Positions 55,425-64,000 of a stretch of 64,000 bases of DNA are shown in pieces; the first letter of the stretch is position 1, and the number at the start of each line of letters is the position of its first letter. The position numbers and the translations under genes were made by a program. The notes under the pieces are model-generated. The model had not been told where the DNA came from. It worked only from the letters and a program-made list of their open reading frames with translations, and did not search any database. Source of the stretch: the human T2T-CHM13v2.0 reference genome, Homo sapiens; assembly GCF_009914755.1 (NCBI RefSeq), contig NC_060942.1; one strand, 5' to 3'.

Positions 55425-55935
55425 TACATCAATTACAGGCAATTTGATGTGCATTATAAACAAAATCAATCATAAAATGTCAGTGCCGTAAAATACACAA
55501 ACACACATTTATTTAGCTCATAGTCTGCAGTTCAGTGATTTAGGCTGGATTCAGTTAAGTAGTTTCTCTGGCCTCACTTATATATATCTGGTGGGAGTTG
55601 GCTAATCTAGGATGATCTTGGGTGGAATTACTGGGAGTCACTCAGCTCTGCTCTACATGCTGCAATTTCCAGCAGGGCATGTTGTCATATTGAAGGCAGA
55701 GGAGCAAGAGAACATGTGGAAACCTCTGTGCTTTTTAAGACCTTGGTTCACACCTGGCCCTCTATCACTTCTGCCTCATTCTACTTGTCAGTGCAAGTCA
55801 GAAGCCCAGTGCAAATTCTAGGAGTGAGCAAACAACTGTCCCTTCTTTATGAAGAGGAACAAACTCATGTGGCAAATGACATGAATACTGGAAAGGAAGA
55901 AGAATCAGGGTCATTGACACAATCAATCAGCCACA
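55425..55935 (-). mobile_element. MLT1H-like MaLR LTR
   Basis: catttatttagctcatagtctgcag...gttggctaatctaggatg...tcacttctgcctcattcta...aatcaatcagccaca. Confidence 0.7.
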
Positions 55936-56789
55936 GGTCTCAACACCAATCACTCTTTGCTTAAATCTACCCACTGATTTATAGTGTCTTCACTATAAAT
56001 CACCAACTCTACTCTCCTCAGATACTTTGTTTGATTTACTAATTAATTCTCCATTAATGCCTTATTTTTATTGTTTAATATTCAAAAAATGACCATCTCT
56101 TATGGTAGTTTTATTTTCTTTTAAGCTTTATATTCCAAATGCCGTAATTGCTTTTCTCTCCTCTTAATAATAGTTGTCTTGTCTGTTTGTTTTCCTCAGT
56201 CAGCATTTTGTTCAGCTTCTAGACCCAAATTCAATGAGTAGAGAGAAAATCCCATGAGTAATGGGAGAAGGTACTAGAATCTTGGGCGCTATTAGAAGTT
56301 ATTTGCCAGATTACAGTTTCCTTTTTCCCTGTCAAGAAACAAAACACATGAATCTTCTCAGGGGCCATAGTTCTCCATGACATAAATCCTTTCCAGGAAT
56401 CAGAAAGTTCAAACCTCTGATCAGGAGTCTTATTACAGATTCCCATGTACCATGATGTGACGATTCAGATCCTGGCAGAGCCTGAGGCTGGCTTCCACTT
56501 CTGGAGGCAGCTTGCCTCTGGGTACATGAGGTGGCTATTACTTTTATTATGGTTAGGAAAGAAGAGAGGCAGAGATAAATGTTCTGGCCAGTTCTCTAGG
56601 CTCCCCTGAGTCATAGCATTTAACAACCAAATAATAGTGCCCCTTCTTTGTAATACCGATCTATGAATTTAGCTCAGGAGAAAAGAGCTCAACCAGGCAT
56701 CTCAGGAAGTGCCCTGTCACCTGAAATCCTTGTCCTTGGAAGGACCCACCCATGAGTCATCCCCTGCTCTTAACTGGGCACTAGAACTG

Positions 56790-57206
56790 GGTCTTGGTCT
56801 CTGTGTGTTGCTACAGAGGAATACCTGAGGATGGATAATTTATGAAGAAAAGAGATTTATTTGGCTCATGGTTCTGCAGGCTGTACAAGAAGCATGGCAC
56901 ATGCACCTGCTTCGGGAAGGACTTCAGGAAACGTCCACTCAAGGCAGAAGGTAAAGGGGGTCAGGTATCTCATGATGAGAAAGAAAGAAAGCAAGAGAGA
57001 GGGGAGGAGAGGATAATTTATTTTTAGCAACCAGTTATCTTAGGAACTAAGAACTCATTCACTCCCACAAGGACAAGGATGGCACCAAGTTGTTCATGAA
57101 GAATCCAGCCCCTTGATCCAAACAGCCCCAACCAGGCCCCACCTCTAACACTGGGGATCAACTTTTAACATGATATTTGCAGAGCATAAACATCCAAACT
57201 ATATCA
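56790..57206 (-). mobile_element. MSTB-like MaLR solo LTR
   Basis: ggaatacctgagg...atttggctcatggttctgcaggctgtacaagaagcatggcac...aacatccaaactatatca; TSD aactg/aacag. Confidence 0.9.
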
Positions 57207-60200
57207 AACAGCCATTAGGATCTCCATCTACTTAATAAGAGCAATGATGATCAGTAAGTGGGTCCATTCAGTAACCATCCAGACTGAATATACCAATTTT
57301 ACATTGCTTTATAACATAATAATTTATTTGGTTCACTATGTTTTACCTGCAAAAATTTTAATGTTAACCTAAGCATGCTTACCACAAATATTTTGTCATG
57401 CCAACTATATTTCCACATATTAATACTTCTTAGCCACAATCTCTGGCTGTTTCTCCAATAGATGAATGTCTTTTGGGGCTGATTTTCTGGTTACATTAGC
57501 AATAGCTCTTTGTGTAGAAGAAATCACAGAAAATTAACTGTAAGTTCTTTTGGTTGTTCACCATAACAGCTACTCTCATAACAACTACTAACCAATATTT
57601 TATTGTATCATTTTTGTAAATCTGTCTGTTTTCTAATTATGTCTTTACTATTTGGAAAATGACCATCTTACACGCATCTGCCAGCCCTGCATTTTTTATT
57701 AGCAATGGAGGAGGATAATTCTGATGCCTTATGTAAGCATTTGGTATGTTCATCATATGAAGTAAGTTTCAGTGTTTGACTTGGTACCTGTAGACTAGAG
57801 ATCATAACACCTGTTGCTCTCTTATGCAGAACCAAAATTTCCTTTTACTGAAAGCATCCAAAGCTCAGATTCCATCTTAGTTTTTGGTTATGGGGAAAGA
57901 AGAATGGAGAAAAATAAGAAAATTCAGTCTTATCAATTAGTGGTGGTAAACCAACCAGAATTAGGTACATTTTTGTCTTTAAATTTGTTTCAAAATTCCA
58001 GATGTGCTATTTGATTTTCTTTGCCTCATTCTATATCATCCCCTGATGCCTTTGGTGTTGGCCTACCTCTTAAACTTATTTTTATATTGATAGTTAATAA
58101 AAGGTGAATTGTCTTCCATTGAAATGGTTCCTGGGATAGCTTATTTCTGTTTCCACTTTCATTCTTTATAAATCAGGATGTGCTGACCCAGCTTTGCCTT
58201 CTATGCCATCTGATCTCAACCCATGCTCTTTGTCTTCACACTTCTGAATAGTCATTGGCAATCAAAAAAATACTATTCTACTATATGGCACATATAGACC
58301 AGCAGTCACCATAACCTTTAGATATTTGTATTTTCAACAGTATCTACAAAAGCTGTGTGAATAGTAAAAATTACTTATTGAATGCATTCTGCTCTTCTTT
58401 GTTTATTTAGAGAGAGTGTATTGTGTGTGTATGATTAAAATGTATGGTTTTGTATCTCACCCTGGCCAGTGGAACTGCGATCTCTTCTCCAGTGCTCCCT
58501 CTCCCCTAATCTCTCTGCTCTGCTCCAGGAGACCCAAGTGACTCTCCTGTAGTCTCTGTCTTCCTGTGACCTGCATGTACTGGGGGATCTGTAGGAAAAA
58601 CACTGTCACACCCTTTAAGCTATGAAATGACCTTTGGATATAAAACACGGAATGTGGATGGAGCAACGTTGCAGACACACAAGCTGAAGAGGGAGGAAGC
58701 TGGGAACCCTGTGTGGGGTGCCTAATTGCTGGGGCTGGATTCTGACTCCAAACAGCTCCTGGGAAGGGGTAAGTGAAGGGACTGCAGAACCACCTACTCT
58801 CACTGAGAACTTCTGGGATCCTAGCTGCAGGCAACCACAAACCCCCACAGATGTTTAAACTGGCAGGGAGATGTCCCCAGAGATTAGACAGAGATAGAGT
58901 TTCAGCAGGCATGGAGCTAGGGAACCCTGTGTGCAGGACAGCTCCAGCAGAACCCAGTCATAAGCGCCCATCATCCAGTGCTCCTCATCTCCCTCTGAGA
59001 AGCTCTGGCCCCAGCTAACTGCTAGACTGGGAGAAGCAGAGCTGACTTCGCTGTGTGACTGGGGCATGTCTGTCCTGCAGGCTCACCGCCAGCCGGCCTC
59101 TTCCAGGGCTCACTCATGCCTGGCAGCCCCACAGAAGCATGTACACAGTGCAGCCTTCACTGCCTAGCCTGGGTGCTTTCTTGACCCGAGTGAGTTCTAT
59201 CAGCCTGGGAGCCCTTTGGATACCTCAGCACACCCAGAACCCAACCTTGAGTGGCTAGAGGAGAGAGCTACAAGAAGGTCTTAGGGTTCCAGCCCATGGC
59301 TTAGGCATGTCAGACTGAGATCTCTGCCTAGCACTTAAGCAGGAGAGGAGCCTACACTCTCAGAAAACTGAGAGGGGTGAGTCGCACAGGTTCACAGGTT
59401 CACAGGCTGGTGTGGAACCTAAGCATGCCTCCCTCCACAGGGTTGATCTGGTACGGGTGGGGCTTATCTTCTTTCTGGAACTCTGCCTAAGGGAGCGCTC
59501 TGGCTAGAAACACCTGAAAGTAATAAAAATTGCAGACACAGTGCCAGTGATCAGAAGTGGCTTCCCCAAGGCCAAGGAGTGGACCTGGCTAGGGGTTCAT
59601 CTCTCTCCCCCTTTCACCACACAGCACAGCTGCAAACAGAGGAGGATACACAAAGGAGCAAACTGGCTGAGTAAGAGCCTATCCACTTTCCATTGCTTTC
59701 AAGTGCCATCTACTTGATCACAGCCCAAACTATAAAACCAAACAAAGCACTCAGCTAATTCTCCCTCCTGCAAAACCAAGGGCAAGAATTTCACAACAGT
59801 ATAGGACCCTGTACAGAGCATTAGCCTTCTGAAAACTACCAGAATTAAAGTCAACTGAATATACTCAAGTTTTACCACAGTTAAAGGAACACCGACTCTC
59901 CCAGATGAGAAAAAATCAGCACAAGAACTCTGGCAATTCAAAAAGCCAGAGTGTCCTCATACCTCCAAATGAGCCCATTAGCTTCCCAGCAATGGTTCTT
60001 AACAAATATGAACCGATTGAAATGACAAAAACGGAATTCAGAATCCAGACGGCAAGGAAGCTTGTTGAGATCCAGGAAAAGTGGAAACCCAATCCAAGGA
60101 AGATAAGCAATCCAGTAAAATGATTCAAGAGGTGAAAAATGAAATCGCCATTTTGAGAAAGACCTAAAGTGAACTTATTGAGCTGAAAAATTCACTACAA

Positions 60201-60520
60201 GAATTTCATAATACAATCACAAGTATTAACAGCAGAATAGACAAAGCTGAGGAAAGAATCTCGGAGCTTGAAGAAGAGTATTTTTAATCAACTCAGGCAA
60301 AGTTTTTTAAAAAACAGAATTAAAAGAATAAACAAAACCTCAGAGAAATAATAGTGGGTTATGTAAAAAGACCAAATCTATGACTCATTGGCATTCCTGT
60401 GAAAGAAGGAGAGAGAATGCACAACTTGGAAAATATATTTGAAGACATAGTCCATGAAAATTTCCATAATCTCGCTAGAGAGACTGACATACAAATTCAA
60501 GAAATATAGAGAATACAGAG

Positions 60521-60879
<359 letters not shown>

Positions 60880-61909
60880 TCATCAGATTCACCAACATCA
60901 AAGCAAAAGAAAAAATTCTTAAAGACAGCTGGAGAGAAGGGTCAAGTCACATACAGAGGGGAGCCCAATCAGGCTAGCAGCAGACCTCTCATTGGAAACC
61001 TTATAAGCAGAAGAGATTGGGGGCCTTATTTTCAGCATCCTTAAAAAAAGAAACTCCAACCAACAATTTCATATCCTAACAAACGAAGATTCATAAGTGA
61101 AGATGAAATTATCTTTCTCACATTAGCAAATGCTTAGAGAATTTATTTCTACTAGACAAGCCTAACAAGACGTCCTTAAGGGGATGCTAAACATGGAATC
61201 AAAAGAATAACACTGACAACCACAAATACTAATTTTCGCACATAGCCCACAATCACTATTAAGAAACTACACAACAAATTGTATATAACAACCAGCTAAC
61301 AATGATGACAGGATCAAAATCACACATATCAATACTAACCCTGAATGTAAATGAGTTGAATGTTCCACTTAAATAACATAGAGTGGTAAGACAAAAAAAA
61401 AGACAAGAGCCAATTGTCTGCTGTCTTCACGAGACCCACCTCACATGTAATGATACTTATAAGCTCAAACTAAAGGGTTGGAGAATCATCTATCATTGAA
61501 ATAGAAGAAAAAAGAGAACAGGAATGGCTATTTGTATACCAGACAGAATAGACCTTAACCTTTTACAGTTAAGGACAAAGAAAGACATTATATAATGACA
61601 AAGTGTACACTCCAATAAGAAGACTAGCATACACAACATTGGAGCACCTAGATTCATAAAATAAATTCTTCTTGACCTACAAAAAGAGTTAGACAACCAC
61701 ACAATAATAATAGGAAGATTTAATGCTCTACTAACATTTCTAGACAGATTATTGATGCAGAAAACTAAAAATAACAAAAAACACCCTGGACTTAAACTTG
61801 ACAGGTGACAAATTGGACCATCTAGGTATCTACAAAACACATCACCCAACAAACATGGATTATACATTCTTCTACACACAGAACATATTTCTAGATTGAC
61901 CACATGCTA

Positions 61910-62285
<376 letters not shown>

Positions 62286-64000
62286 TCACAGTACAATAAA
62301 AATATAAATCAATATAAAGAGGATCTCTCAAAACTACACAAATGCATGCAAATTAAACTTATTACTCCTGCATAATGCATGGGTAAACATGAAACCTAAG
62401 GCAGAAATAAAAAATTTCCTTGAAATGAATGAACATTAATTAAACACATGACTCATAGGTAAACATCAATATTAAAGCTGAATCAAAAAATTCTTTGAAA
62501 TTAATAAACCTAGGGACCCAGCTTACAAAAATATCTGAAGTACACCTAATGCAGTGTGTTAAGAGGAAAGATTATAGCACTAAATGCCTTCATTAAGAAG
62601 TTAGAAAGACCTGAAATTAACGATGTAATTTTTCATCCTAAGGGAACTAGAGAAAAGAACAACAACTCAAACCTAAAGCTGGCAGAAGAAAAGAAATAAG
62701 TAAAATTGGAGAAGAACTTAACAAAATTGAGATGCAAAAATCCACACAAAATATCAATGAAACCAAGAGTTTGTTTTTCAAAAGAATAAATACAACTGAT
62801 AGATGCAAACCCGCCAGATTAATAAAGGAAATAACCCAAATAAGCACAATCAGAAATGACAACGGTGATATTACAACTGATCCCACAGAAATGCAAAAGA
62901 TTCTCAGAATATTATGAATGACTCTATACACACCAATTAGAAAATCTGGAGGAAATGAATAAATTTCAGGAAGTACACAATCTCCCAGGATTGCATCAGG
63001 AAGAGATTGAAACCCTAAATATACTAATATAAATTTCTGAAATTGAGTCAGTAATATAGAACCTACCAACTAAAAAAAGCTCTGGACTAGATGGATTCAT
63101 GCCTAAATTTTACCAGGTGCACAAAGAAAAACTGATGCCAGTCCTACTGAAACTATTTGAAAAAACTGAGTAGAAGGGACTCCTCTCTAACTCATTTTGT
63201 GAAGCCGGAATAAGACTGATAACAAAATCTGGCAGAAACAAAACAACAACAACAAAAAGCTTCAGGCCAATATCACTGATGAACATAGATGCAAAAATTT
63301 TCAACAAAACATCAGAAACATGAATCCAGCAGCACATCAAAAAGTTAACACATCACGACCATGTAGCCTTTATTCCAGGGATGTAAACCTGGTTCAACAT
63401 ATGAAAATCAACAAATTTGATTTACCACATAAATAGAATTAAAAGCAAAAACCATATGATCATCTCAATAGACACAGAAAAATGATTTTGATAAAATTCA
63501 ACATTCCTTCATAATAAAAGCCCACAACAGACTAGGGATTGAAGGAACATGCCTGAAAATACCAAGAACCATCTATGACAAACCCACAGCCAACATTGTA
63601 CTGAATGGGAAAAAGCTTGAATCATTCTCTTTAGAACCGGAACAAGATAAGAATGTCTACTCTCACCACTCCTCTTCTACATAGTACTGGACATCTTAGC
63701 CAGACCAACAGGCAAGAAAAATAAATAAAAGTAATGTGAATAGGAAAAGAAGAGGCAAACTATTTCTCTTCTCTGATTATATGATTCTATACCTAGAAAA
63801 TCCCAAATACCCTGCCCAAAAAGCTTCTTGAACTGATAAACAATTTTAGTAAAGTTTCATGGGAAAATAATCAATGTAAAAAATCAGTAGCATATCTACA
63901 CAGAAACAACATCCAGGATGAGAGTGAAATTACGAGCACAATTCCACTTACAATAGCCACAAAGAAAATGAAATACCTAGAAATACAGCTAAGCAAGGAG

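Noticed and set aside
58457-59258. Cluster of overlapping 67-151-aa ORFs
   Set aside because: They lie in or beside the GC-richer L1 5'UTR, where stop codons are rarer, and show no recognisable domain.

Overview
AT-rich primate (most likely human) non-coding DNA, either intronic or intergenic. AluY, AluS and AluJ elements, L1PA and older L1M LINEs, MaLR LTRs (THE1, MST, MLT1), MIR, L2 and hAT/Tigger DNA-transposon fossils make up most of the window. I find no credible protein-coding gene, RNA gene or CRISPR array; the longer ORFs are broken L1 ORF1/ORF2 pieces or Alu, LTR and AT-rich artefacts. Repeat subfamily names come from my recollection of the consensus sequences and need RepeatMasker/Dfam confirmation. 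Four structures are not explained by ordinary repeat annotation. (1) A ~203-bp, ~91%-identical inverted duplication of sequence I do not recognise as a repeat (18527-19038 vs 19461-19663), with an Alu inserted in one arm. (2) An L1PA6-like insertion with a clear 3' transduction: a 57-bp tag, ATTAAA, a second poly-A and a 21-bp TSD. (3) A probable second 3' transduction in which an L1PA15/16 carried a Tigger2 fragment. (4) A 45-bp copy of a MIR/flank junction placed exactly 1260 bp from its donor. There is also a MER53 hairpin (the miR-1302 source family) and several motif-rich, repeat-free candidate enhancers. I cannot support a wholly new biological system from this sequence.
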